Under the pieces are notes generated by a model. It saw only the letters and a program-made list of their open reading frames with translations. It did not search any database and was not told the DNA's origin. This document shows positions 1 to 12,916 of a stretch of 64,000 nucleotides of DNA, one piece after another. Every line of letters begins with the position of its first letter. Position 1 is the first letter of the stretch. This DNA comes from Vicugna vicugna (lineage: Eukaryota): assembly GCA_013265495.1 (NCBI GenBank), contig MU061579.1, forward strand, positions 5,702,963 through 5,766,962. Reading direction: 5' to 3'. The position numbers and the translations under genes were made by a program.

Positions 1-917
1 TCCTCTGGCTTATCTAAGCAACTATCCATAGTTGTCATTAAAATTTTTCTAAGTTGGAAATTAGGTTATTATATCTCCTTGTATTATCTAACACATTTCA
101 ATACCACTTGGCCTTCAATAGTAAAATGTGCTATTTGTTAATTCATGTCCTCCTTTTGTATCAGTGCTTGAGCACAGTATGGAATTAATGAAACCTCAAT
201 GTGATATTTCCTTTCTCGCCATAGTAAGTTGCTCTAGCACATATTCACTGCATGAGAGACTGTAAAGGGATTTATTTTTTTTAATTCTTTACAATCACTC
301 TTGGAAACCCAAAGATTAGGCATGTATACACATGTATTTATAGACAGTTGTATCTCAGAAGTAAAATTTGAAAGAAAAGTACTATGGGTTCATTATATAC
401 AAAAAATGATTGCCACATCAGAACATAATTTTGAATATATTGTAAATTTATCACTATGTGTAACCCTCAAGCTTTGTTGATTTCTCCCAACACTACAACA
501 TAAATAAATAGCAATACATACACTTTTAGATGGGAGTCTAGTAAGGATAGTTAAAACGTAAAAATTACAGATTTTTCATGGTGGGAACAATCCGCTGATC
601 TTCATACACATTCTTTTCATGTTATTTTGACTATTCACGTTTCAAGTTACTTTGATCTGTTGTCAATTCAACAAAAAATCTTAGGGCTTGTAGAGAATTT
701 AAGGATTATCCCAAAGGCAAACAAGTATATTTCCCACATGAGGACTTGGTGGTTAGTAGAGAGTACACAGCTTGGCCACAACAAAACAAAAGCAATATGT
801 GTAGGCCAAAGGCTAGAGCCCAGACCTCCAGACTTTCCAGTATTTCCTTTCCTCTGCAGTACACCCTTTCTGTGGAATGGTGTGAAAGAGATATCATCTG
901 TTATTCTTTAGTCACTA

Positions 918-1302
918 TGCTAGAGGCTGAATGTTTGTGCTCCTCAAAGTTCATATGTTGAAGCTTAATGCCCAGTGTGATGGTGTTAGGAGATGGGGCC
1001 TTTGAGAGGTGATTAGGTCACGAGGCCCTGTCTCTAAATACAGTCACATTGAATGAGGTCAAAAAAGACTCCGAAGAGACTCTTGTAAGAGATTCCAGAG
1101 AGATCCCTCACCCTTTTTACCATGTGAGGACACAAGGAAAAGACTGTGTATGAATCAGGATGTGGGCTCTCACCAGACATATCTCCTGGCACCCTGATCT
1201 AGGACTTCCCAGTCTCCAGAAGTGTAAGAAATAAATTTATTTTGTTTATAAGCTACCAAGTCTATGGCAATTTTGTTATAGCAGCCAAAATAGACTAGGA
1301 CA
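918..1302 (+). mobile_element. MaLR solo LTR (MLT1A/MST-like)
   Basis: TG...CA ends (tgctagaggctgaatgtttgtg ... gttatagcagccaaaatagactaggaca), AATAAA near 1230, perfect 5-bp TSD CACTA at 913-917 and 1303-1307. Confidence 0.9.
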
Positions 1303-4300
1303 CACTATGACAAGACATTATAAGTTTCACATTTATCTTGTTCTGTCTCATAAATCTAATATTTTGCAATTTACTCTGTACAGATACAAACCTAACAAGT
1401 GATCTTCACTGTTCGTCTCCTGCTAAATGTATTGACTGTGGGTTTGCATTCAGTAGGTTGAAGGCGTAATTTGTGTATCAGGTCATAATATTACCCTGTT
1501 ACTAACTTAATTTTGAGTCACAAAAACTGAACAGGAGATATTACAAAAAAATACATTTTTGTCACTATTGAAAAAATGTGAATGTTTTTTAGATTTTAAA
1601 ATCCTATATATTTTAAAAATATATCTTATTCAGAAGAAATTGAATTAAATAATTTAAAAAATAAACATGCTTAAAAGGAAAAAAAAAAAGAATTACAGAG
1701 CACTCCAGCTGCAGTCTTTTATTACATAGTTTGAAAAACCAGAAGGAGTGGCAGAACCAACTTTAAGACACAGAGAGAGGAGGCTCAGATGTTCAGAAGA
1801 ACATATAGCCCACATACTCCAATCTCCTCATTTTAATGCTAAAAATAAGGAAGCGATCCTGCTCCTAAATTACTTAAGGTCATGATGCTAGACCCTGGCC
1901 CACAAACCAATCCTCCAATAGTCAGCAAAGTCAATAAAACTTCTTGAAGTGTTAAAAGTGTTAAAATATATTAGACTTACTTTGACACTGGTATACTTAT
2001 TTTGAATTTGGCTTTGATAAACTTATATTAAGTTTAAAAAGATGATTATTATTTGGTTAAGTAGTACTAAAGAAATCAACAAGAATTGGCTTTTAAAAAG
2101 AAGGAAGAAAAATTATTATTTTTACATCTGAAATATATGGCAAATAGGATCTCAGTAAATCTGGCATTTTAATAACTTTTTACTCTGATGTGAATTTCTC
2201 CACTTTTAGTAGCACTTTGCTACCTCATCTGTAAAGTGAACATAAAATAAAACAAAGAGCACAATTTACAAGAGAGCACAACATATTCCCATGAGACCCC
2301 AAATTCCACATACACATCTGAAACATCTAAAACAAGTACTAAGAAAATAGATGTAAATAAAAAAGATCTAAATTGAAGCCTTCTGGGAAACTTATACTAA
2401 AAATTAAATATTAAGTATAATTTTAAATAAAGTTTGGCTTCATTGGATTCTAAAATACTATTTCAAGTTTATTTCTCTTTTTCTAAATTGAATGTCCTTG
2501 ATTCCAACATTACAACCAAGTCAATTAGTAAACTTAAAACCAATAGTAGAGAGATAAATGTGAAAGATGTTAAGTAGGAAAAAAAGATTTGGTTGAATGG
2601 TTCATGGAAAAACAGTATTAGTTAGAAATATTTTATTCTATGATGAAATTTATTGTACTTCTAATTCATCCTTCTATTTCAATCCAGCCATTATTATTGC
2701 CAAAAGATAATGGGCCAGATTTCCAACCTAAAACTAGTACAGTAGAAGGAAAGAAATATGAGTGTATGTGTGTGATACAAACTTTGCACTGCAAAGACTG
2801 AAATTCAAGAAGCTGTAAACATAATTAAGAATTATATCTGCTGTGATTCAAATCATTTACAAACCAGTGGCTATTTAGAGATCAATATTGGTAATGCACA
2901 GACTTAGAACACATGAGCAGACATGGGAGAAGGAATGCTACACCAACACCATCCCAAGTACTTCCCAGTGACCTCTGTCTAGGAGGAGAAAAAAGAGACT
3001 GATAATCAACACTAAAAATAAAATAGTTTTAATGGCTACATGTGTAGCAATTTGATTAAATATAGACCTACATTAATTTTTATAAATGTACAAGCAAATA
3101 TTGAATTGAGTTAATTCAGAGGAACTTTAATTTATTTTAGTGTCACTCTCCATGTTGTAACTATTTATAATAATCCAGATAGTTAAATTTGCACTTCTAT
3201 TTATTTGTATGATTTATATTTACCTTCCCTACCAAAAAGTAATCATCTTAAAGGAAGACAATCTCCTATTCATTTTGTTTTAGTACTTAGTAAAATGTCT
3301 GACATATATAATATGTATTGAGTAAGTAGATGTGAAATATTGATGGAATCCATTATATAATATAAGATCATATAACATACTTACATCCGTTTTATGGAAA
3401 TCACTGCTTAACACAATCTGTTTTTACCTAATACATCTGTACACAATAAAAAGAAGTGAGCAACACCCTTTTCCAGGTTGTTGCCTATACATTACCTATC
3501 CATGTAAAGCATTATATTCACTTATTTAATCAGGTCATCCTCTGCTTTAATAATATTGTATATTTATCATATTTTAATCTTCATACCAATTTTAACCACT
3601 CCTAGCAAATCAGTTCTAAATATCCCTTCTTTGGGAACAAATATCCTTTAATGTGCTGCATTAAGTGTTGGTACATACACTTTCAAAATCTTGACATTTT
3701 AAATACAACTTCAACATAGCAAACTTCCTAGCAAAAACAAGTAATACTATTCCCAAAAAGCAATTAAAATCAGTATTCAGAAACACATTGCCCCAAACAC
3801 TTATTTCATAGAATTTTTTAAAATTATATTTTTGAAGAAAGCATTTAGAAAGTTATTTCTGTCCAAATTTGAACATACATTTTAGTAATGCCCATATTAG
3901 ATACAGTCGCCTAATGCTGTATTTAAATTGTTCCTTCAGATCTTTCTGCTACATTTCAAATTTTGATCACACACTGAGTTAAAAGCTCTGTCATAGTCAT
4001 CTTTACTTCTAGTTTCAATAGCTCTGTAAAATAATTTAGTTTTTATCAATATGGTTATTAAATCAGGGTCAGAATAAAGACTGATCTAGCCCTAGGAAAC
4101 ACTAGAATGTAAGTAGGTTCAAAGCTATATACTTCGTAAGTGTCCTCATGGAATTTTTAATTAAAAAAAATCCCGGCTTGGGGATTAGTTTCAACATTAC
4201 TTAATATATGTATATATTGCATGATCATTAGCTGTTTGTCCATTGGGGGCATATACAATTAGATCCAAAATATTACTGTATTAAGTATCAAGTAACAAAT

Positions 4301-5739
4301 AATTAAAGATAGATTTTTGATACTCACTGCTTACAGTCTACCATTTTAAATTTAAAGATCATTTATCGCCCCCTGAAAAACTGTTGAAATCAAAAGCATG
4401 TTCTAACCGTGATACACTGCGTGATTAAATCTTTACATTTATCTATGTCTGGAAGTTAATAAAATGAAACTCTGGAGAAATAATAAGATTGCTTTCATCA
4501 CACATAGAGACTTCCAGCCATTTCCACTGAAGCCAATAATTTGTCATACTGCAAATAAGAGGAGCACAATTAGCAGCAGAGGAGCCCTACAGTTTTTGTG
4601 CAGACTGTGCTCTCGTCAATGAAAAAGGAAAAATACAGCCTCTCCTAGACAGACACTCCATATTCATCCCAATAAGCCATGCCATTTGAGAAAAACATTT
4701 CTGACCTTTCCCACCCTCAATTCTGCCTTTCCGTCTCCGGAGCCTACTTTACCTCGGGTATATACCATATATAAATTATAAATACCCTAAGCACACAGAC
4801 ATTCACTAGTGCTTTTGTTGTTGTTGTTGTTGTTAACATTTTTGTCAGAGCTTGGGTCTCTAAGAAAACTTGTTTGACATCTTAACTATTTAAGTGTCAC
4901 TTCTTAAATTTCAACATTTTTAAGGGAAATATTTTTAAATTATTAGACTTCCCTGACTTCTTAAACAGAGTGTGTGAAACTTAATTTCGTCTTTCCTGAT
5001 TACTCCACTGTTACGCTAGAAAATCGCTGCAGATTTAACAAGGCTCTTGTGAGATGTGTGGTTAGAAAGGACATACTATGAATCTTGCATTCTTGAAAAA
5101 TCCTCTTAATGATGACTTATTTATCTGTCTGTCTCGCTTCCAGTTCACAAAGGTGAATTTGACTCCTTGGGCAATAGAACATAGAACTTCTGCTAGACAG
5201 ATTATTAAATCAAATGTTATATCAGTGTCTTACCCTCTAGAAAATATTTTGTCCTATTTCTATCAATTTTAAAACTTGAGACTAGCATTTAAAACTTCAT
5301 GTTTTTTTTTTCATAGAGAGTTCAGTTAAGTACAAACACCACTTCTACTTACTTGAAAATTGTTCCAATTTGTTGTTGTTGTTGTCACTATCAGAGGAAA
5401 AGCATCTGGACCTAAATTCAGCTGAAAGCCCAAAGTTGAAAGCTTTGAAGTTAATGGTATTAAAGACTCAATCTGATATCAGTATCCTGATTATGGCACC
5501 ATTTCTGTTGTCTTGATTTCTATTTTCTTGATCAAAAGAGGTCATGTTTTGATATGCTGAGGCCTTGAATCCATCTCATATACTGTGGCGTAAAAGAAAC
5601 CAAGGTAGCCACCTTACTTTTCATCACACAGTAACTGGTAAGCAAGCATCAGTCTACAGCTGAACCAGATTTGAATGGAGGTCCAGCTTGTTTCTGCTGA
5701 TGGTCTATAGCACTATTTCACCTAAATTTTGTTACTGAT

Positions 5740-7870
5740 ATTATTTCCTTTTTTTTCTTATAATGTGCTTATGTTGTTATGATATTCAGTCTTTAGTTCC
5801 TCATACTGGTACCTTGTATTCTCTCTCAATTTCTCCTCCTCTCTTTAAATATTTAGTCTATTTATATGTTTATCAGTTTTACAGATATTTTTCACAGAAG
5901 CAGCTTTCAATTTTGTTGACATTATCTACTACTTTTTTTCATTGGTTTCCATTACTGTCTATATTATCATTTATTTGTGTCATTTGAGGCTACAGTTTCC
6001 TTTAAAAACCACTTTAGCTGCACCCCCAAGTTTGGATAGGCTATGTGTTTATTTTCACTCAGTTTCAAAATAATTTCTAACTTTTCTGTGATTTCATAAT
6101 CAAAAGTTAATGTTGAGGTGGTGATGATACTTGATTTATTTTTACGCACTTGGGATTTTTCTAGGGATTTTGTGATTAAATGCTATAATGGACAGGAACA
6201 TCCTTTGTATGATGTTTTTAAAAGTTTAAATTTTGTTGATATATGTTCTATGACTTCTCTTATGGTCTAATTTGTAGAATGCTCTATTAATATTTGAAAA
6301 TAAAATGTTGACATTTTAAAATTGAGTGTTCTATAAGTATCAATTAAGTTATTTTATTTGCTACATTTCTTCAATTCTTTTATATTTATTATGTATTAAG
6401 CATGCCCAATCATCATTTCTCTGTGTAGGTCTCTATCTCCACCTGGTATAATTTCCATTTTGTTTGAGAACCTTCGTTTTCTAAAACATTTATTGTATTT
6501 CATCTTAAAATCTTACTTTTCTTTAACATATATGAAATTGTAGAACTGTTGGTGACAAATTCCTTTTGTTTTTATTCTTTGGAAAATATATATATTTTTT
6601 CATTTTAAAGGCTATTCTCACTGGACATAATACTCTATGTTGACAGAATTTTTTGGCTTGTTTTGTTTCATAACTCTAATGAAGTTGTAGTGTCCTCTAG
6701 TTTGCATAGTCTGGAATCATCCCTGTATGTATTCCTCTGTACAAAATAGATAGGTAGATAGATAGACAGATAGATAGATAGATAGATAGATAGATACATA
6801 CATACATACATACATACATACATACATACATAGAGATAGAGATATATCTTTTTTGGCTTCCGTAAAGACTTTTTTCTCATTACTTGTTTTAAGCAATTTT
6901 ATTATGATGTGTTTTGGTGAAGAATTTTTTAATTTACTTTTTGAAGGACTACCTTAATATTTATGTATCTGTGGATGTATTTTTCAATAAATTTGGGAAA
7001 GTATCACTCAGGTTTTCATTAAGCCACTTCTCTCATATGTTAGACCACTGAGCTTCAATCCATGGATCACTGAGACTTTTTTTAAGGTTTGTTTTTTTTT
7101 TTCAGTCATTTTTCTTTCTGTGCTTCAGTCTGAAAGACATTCTGCTGCTGTGTTTTTGAATTCCCTGAGATTTTCTTTCTGCAGTGTTTGATTCACCAGT
7201 AGTCATATGCAGTGGGATTTTCAATTCAGATACTATAGTTTTCACCTCAAGGAGTTCTACTAGAGTCTTGCTTTGTATTTTCAATTTATGTCTTCATTAT
7301 ATTCATCTTTTCCTATAAATGCTGGTAAATAGTTTTTAACAGCTGTTTTAACATCTGTCTGCTAACTGCAATTTTTTACTTCTAGTTTTCTACAGGCTAA
7401 ATTTTTTATCTTGATTCTGCTTTTTGTTACATCTATTAATGTTTGATTAGATGCTAGAGTCTGTAATTTTGTTTTTCTGAATGTCTAGATTTTGTTTTCT
7501 TCCTTCAAAGAATATCCATTTAATTACTTCAGGTATAGGATTTAAGACTTACTAACGTGGTTGAAAAGTAGCCTTTATTCCAGGTGTCATTTACCCCTAA
7601 TAATAAATCATGACACTCCTGGAGTCTCCACTGAATACGACTGGGACTCCCTTGGATTCTGTACCCTGGCCAGAACATCTCACTGCCTTGTGTGAGCTCT
7701 GGGAACTGGTCAGCTTACAATTTCCTGACTGTTTTTGCCTTGTCTTGTGGAATTTCACTCTACTGATTGAAGGAAGGGCCAGTACTCAGTAATCACTCAT
7801 GACAACTCCCAAGCAAACTGTAGAGCTGTTTTCTGCATAGCTCATTCACTTCTGGAACTCTGCTTTCTAA
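5740..7870 (-). mobile_element. Old degraded L1 (L1M-type) fragments
   Basis: T-rich antisense L1 motifs, e.g. cactttagctgcacccccaagtttggatagg and cattttaaaggctattctcactggacataatactcta; boundaries approximate. Confidence 0.7.
6747..6845. repeat. Compound microsatellite (GATA)n(CATA)n
   Basis: Directly visible tetranucleotide arrays. Confidence 0.97.
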
Positions 7871-7906
7871 TATACTATCTCAGTTTCCTTATCTATATAT
7901 AGATTT

Positions 7907-7921
7907 TATATATATATATAA

Positions 7922-7952
<31 letters not shown>

Positions 7953-7955
7953 TAC
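7907..7955. repeat. (TA)n(CA)n microsatellite
   Basis: Directly visible. Confidence 0.95.
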
Positions 7956-9147
7956 AAAAATTATAAGGACTCAAATAATAAAGGTTTTGATCAAATTTTA
8001 CCCACAAATAATAAATAGAATAAATGCAGAAAACATTTTCAAGATGTTACGATGCTAGGAACTTGCTATTTGGTATACTCCAGTTTACTAATGTCTCCTC
8101 GTAAGTGATACACAGACCTGAATCTGTATCTCCAACTGGGTTCACAGAAGTTTGGTTAAGATCTATATTTTAAGCCTCCCTCATTCCCATCCCACCAATT
8201 TCGGTGGAGGGACAAGTCTCCCACTTCCATATTCAAAAACCGAGAGTATTCCTTTTTCCAACACTCTCTGAGAAGGTATCTCCTACACAAGACTCAACTT
8301 TCTAATGTGTTTTGTAAGAAATCCCTTTAAGTCTTCATGTATTGTCTTGCATTAAAAAAAAAAATCCCTCTAAGATAAGATTACCTAATTTCCGGGGCTG
8401 GAAAGTGCGATGGTGGTTCTGACAAGTCAGGCATTGAACTTGTTAGAGAAATTGAACTTTACAACACAAAACAGGAAACTGAGTTGGGATGTCCTAGTGA
8501 TCCTTAACTGCTCCTTATTGAGAACTGATACTTCACTTCTTCTTTTGTTCATTTTTAAAATTTTTTTGTTACTTCATTTCCTGACAATTAAGTAAACATC
8601 ACAGTAAACTGTTAGAAAATGGCACGACTTGTTTTCTCAGTAGAATAATTTCATCTTATAAGGAATATTTTGCTGTGATGAATTTTTATTTGTTTTTATT
8701 CTCATCTTTGTATTAAGAGGGAGTAGTATAACACTGAAAAATGATTTATGCCCGTTTAACTTAATAAATCATACAGATTAAAAAAAACTTTATCAATGTA
8801 ATATCATTCTCTTTTCTATTCTTCTCCATAAACTCTGTTCCTCAGTAACACCTCCCTAGTTTAGGGAAAATTGCTAGAAGCAAGACTGCTGAGGTTATTT
8901 TATAGCCAATTTAATTCTTGACCTCCTCACTTACACCATCAAAAGTGTCAATTATTGTCAAAAATACCAGTAGCTTTTTTTTAAAGTTCTCATCCTTTTA
9001 CGTAAGTTTGGGGTAGGTTATTTTACATTGACCTTGAGCCAAATTGTCATACCTTGTGAGTATCAGTTGATTACCAATATGGTCCGTTATAGCTCTGACT
9101 TTAAATAAAATGGAATAGAGTTTATTGAGACAAACGTCTTCAATTTT

Positions 9148-9330
9148 TTTAACATTTTTTTATTGAGTTATAGTCATTTTACAATGTGTCAAATTCCAGT
9201 GTAGAGCACAGTTTTTCAGTTATATATGAACATACAGATATTCATTGTCACATTTTTTTTTCGCTGTTAGCTACCACAAGATCATGTATATATTTCCCTG
9301 TGCTATACAGTATAATCTCGTTTATCTAAA
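9148..9330 (-). mobile_element. Young, heavily 5'-truncated L1 3' end (camelid-type)
   Basis: T-rich tail plus tattgagttatagtcattttacaatg...tgtgctatacagtataatc; TSD gtcttcaatttt at 9136-9147 and 9331-9342; right copy ends in the TTTT/AA endonuclease site; highly similar to 14603-14790. Confidence 0.9.
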
Positions 9331-9483
9331 GTCTTCAATTTTAAGTGTTTTAGGCTATGTATACATCTCTAAGCTAATTTTTTTATGTTTCTTATTTATA
9401 TCTAAACCATTTATTTTCATTATATGTCAAAAATGTCTATGGTTACTCTTACCCCTAAACAACAACTCCTTTGTCTTATCCTC

Positions 9484-9850
9484 TGTGGACAAAGAATGTC
9501 ACCTGCCATATCAGTAAATAAAGGAATGTTACAGCCATCAAGCCACCAGCCACTTGCAGCTGCCCTGACTGCCTGAGTCCAGGGAGAAAAGCAAGATACT
9601 GGCCTTCGATAGTTAAGGTGTGTATCAAAGGAATAATTTCAATTATTCTTGAATCTTCCCATACATGAAAAAGTACTAAATTCATTAACCTGAGATTGCT
9701 GATTTCCTTTAATTAACAGCAATCTTTTGTTGTTCCAACTGCTTAGATTTTGTTGCAAAACTTCCTATGTATCCTGTCACCTCCCTTACCTCTTAGGAGC
9801 CATCCCTCAGAGCTAAGTGAGAGGCTGTCTTCTGAGCTTAATCCTCAGCA
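9484..9850 (+). mobile_element. ERV-type LTR fragment (cetartiodactyl-like), apparently 3'-truncated
   Basis: Begins TGTGG; the segment cctcccttacctcttaggagccatccctcagagctaagtgagaggctgtc resembles artiodactyl ERV LTRs as I recall them; no polyA signal or TSD seen at the right end. Confidence 0.55.
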
Positions 9851-10078
9851 CATTTTGAAACCCTCATTATCCATCATGTTTACTTTAGTATACCTTCCTT
9901 TATATACATTAAATACTGAAAATGCTTTTTATAAAACCAAAAATATGTTGTGATCCTTCTTACCTTTAAGGTTTAATGTTTATTATTGGAATTACAGAAA
10001 AAAATTGAGAATACTTGAAGCTTTGGACCAAAGACAATGGCTTCCAAAGCTTCTTATTTAAACGGGGCAATGGATTCC

Positions 10079-10129
10079 AAAAAAAAAAAAAAAGAAAGAA
10101 AGAAAGAAAGAAATAGAAAAAAAAAAAAA
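10079..10129. repeat. A-rich tract with (GAAA)n
   Basis: Directly visible. Confidence 0.9.
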
Positions 10130-11491
10130 GGAATTGAAATCAATCAGCATCTCCTTCTCTCCACCTTCTTCCAGGCTTGTTGAAGACAGAATTTGAGATT
10201 TATCTTCTCTTTCTTTAACACGTTTTGTATAGAAATCACCTGAATATCATGATGAATCATTTATTCTGTCTCTAATCCGAAGTTATACTTGGACCAACTA
10301 TGATTTACCTAAAAACACCAAGAACTGGTGAATCATACATTACACAAAAATTCCATGTAAATGTGAGTCGTTTTAAATATGAAACCAATGGAGGGTAGAT
10401 TCTATTGAAGGAGAGGGAGAGGAAGAAGGAGAGGAACGCTAATGATCGTTCCTTTCAGCCCGGCAGCATGTCCTACTCAGAACTTCAGCTTCAGCATTAA
10501 CTGACAGGAGGAAGACGCTTTCGGATTAGACTGTCTTCACTTTCACCTGTGATCATGTATTACCTTTCCATGTGTTCCTGTAATATTTTCCTGAAACCAA
10601 TGGAAGGGGGAACAAGACTTAAGAAAATTTCAGGGAATGTTTGAGTAGTGGAGGGATTGATAAAAACTGAAAAACCAGAACAGTTTCCAAAAACAGATGG
10701 AGACTTGAGTTAACAAAACAAAACTTTCTACTTATTATAGCTCTAAATAAGAAATAAATTGCTTTGTAGGATTCATAATCCCAGCTAACCACAATATTCA
10801 TGCAGAAGCCAGAGGAACTGGCTGGAAACCTTAACCTAAAAGATAAAAATTTGGATAAAAGTTGAGAGTAGAAAAATCAACAACTTTTGTTGTTACTTCA
10901 TGTCTTTCTAAATTGACTTTTTCAGTAGTGAAAATGATTCTGGAGTATCAATATTTGTGTAGAGTATAGAGAAAACTTTAAGAGGAAAAGACTTACAGCA
11001 AGAAAACCAACATAAATGCTAATCGTTAGTTAATTTATTAGGTCATTAAAAATAATCATTTCCCCTGATTTGTAATCTGAATTGTGATCACAGCTATGTG
11101 AAAATCAGTCATGTTAGCATATCATTGATGGTTTGAATGCCCAATTATGAAAAGCTCAGAAGACAGCTAATGGCTCATATCATATGAATTTGTAGAGAAA
11201 ATTAAATATAATACTTAATGAAGCATAGAGGCTATCAGTGCTATTACCTATAAACACTTGCAGAAAATAAAAAGGAGGATTAGTATGTGTTGCTCCAAAC
11301 CCTCAAGTGACATATGGCAAGGTCAACTGGAAAGGATGAGAAAATATTAGAATGTTGTAAACATATAGCAACAGTTGTAAATTTTAAAGAGAAACAACCC
11401 TTCAAAAGATGGAAATATAATTCTACTTTAGGACGTTCTTTTTAAAGAGAGTACGTATTCAAAGATAACCATGAATACGTCTGTGATTTCA

Positions 11492-11873
11492 TGTGGTACC
11501 AACTGGTGCCCGCCAAGGCTCTGCGACTCCCATTCCCGGGCTCTCAGCTATCTGAGTGCAAGCCCTCAAGAAAACAAGCACACCCTTTTCTGATGTGTGA
11601 TGCCACTGCCTCGCACAGACCCTAATTCTCTTACACCCACTACCAATCAAAACCTTGTGCACGAGTTATTCGTGCAACCCCCTCTGTTCGCCAACTCCTT
11701 CCCATAAAAGACCTCAGCAACTGACCCTTGTGCTCACGCAGGCACCTCTCAGCTGTGGCCTGCTGTTGCCTGTAGCAGCCTATCTATTACACTTCCCTTT
11801 TTCTCTTAAATCTTCTTTGTCTCTGGTAAATTCTTTTACCAGCTGTGACGCTGGCTCACCATGTCCCACAACA
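11492..11873 (+). mobile_element. Intact solo ERV LTR (382 bp), family unassigned
   Basis: TGTGG...CCACAACA termini, perfect TSD TTTCA at 11487-11491 and 11874-11878, CCAAT at 11643, TATA-like CATAAAA at 11703, GC/CpG richer than flanks. Confidence 0.85.
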
Positions 11874-11964
11874 TTTCAGGCATGAGAAAAATAGCATTAT
11901 GACTTCAATTTTTATTTTGAGTGATTTTAAACTTTATAATAATTAAAGAAGGTAAAATGGATAG

Positions 11965-12916
11965 CATATTAGTCAAGTGTCTCCAGAGAAACAGAACCAA
12001 TAGGAGATACACAGATCTTCCTTGACTTATGTTGGGGTTACATCCTGAAAACCCCATCATAAATGGAAAATATTGTAAATCAAAAATGCATTGACTACAC
12101 CTAACCTACTGAACATTAGAGCTTAGCCTAACCTACCTTAAATGTGCTCAGAACATTTCCACTAGTCTACAGTTGGGCAAAATCATCGAACACAAGGCCT
12201 ATTTCATAATAAAGTGTTGACTAGCTCATGTAATTTATTGGATACTGTACTGAAAGCGAAAAAGAGAATGGCCGCCTGGGTACCGAGCGGTTTTGAGTGT
12301 ATCAGTGGATTACCTTTGAGATCGTGTGGCTGACTGGGAGCTGCAGCTCGCTGCCCCGGCCTCACATCATGGGGGAGTATTATAGTGTATATCACTCACC
12401 CAGAAAATGATCAAAATTCAAAATTCAAAGTACAGTTTCTATTAAATTCACTTTTGCACCTTCATAAAGTTGAAATATCATTAAGATGAATCATCGTAAC
12501 CAGGGATCATCTGTCCAGATATCTCCAATTTATGAATGAATCTAATAACTGTCTTACACAATTATGCAGACTAAGAAGTTGCATGATCTGTAGTTTTTGA
12601 GCTGGAGAATTTGGAAAACCAGAACCTGGAGAGCCCGTAGCCTCAAGAGCCGAGGTGCCAGTGTCTGAAGGCAGGAGAAGATGGATGTCTCAATCAAACA
12701 GAGAGAAAATTTGCCTTTTTATCACCATTTTGTTCTGTTCAGGCCCTCAGTAGATTGTGTGATACCCATCTGATTGGTGAGGGTGATCTTTACTCAGTTT
12801 ACCAATTCAAATGAGAATCTCGTTCAGAAACACCGTGACAGACACACTCAGAAATGTTTTACCAGCCATCTGGGCCCTGCCTAAGTCCAGTCAAGTTGAC
12901 ACAAAATCACATCACA
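11965..12916 (-). mobile_element. MLT2 (ERVL) solo LTR split by a Tigger MITE
   Basis: Left end tattagtcaagtgtctccagagaaacagaaccaatagg, right end cagtcaagttgacacaaaatcacatcaca; near-TSD gatag/ggtag. Confidence 0.85.
12012..12513. mobile_element. TcMar-Tigger MITE (MER47/Tigger5-like)
   Basis: Terminal inverted repeats cagatcttccttgacttatg ... catcgtaaccagggatcatctg; internal cctaacctactgaacatt and ctacagttgggcaaaatcatc motifs of MER47. Confidence 0.85.

Noticed and set aside
6668..6880. ORF with YVCM/YLSI repeats (also 38909-39139)
   Set aside because: Translation of tetranucleotide microsatellites
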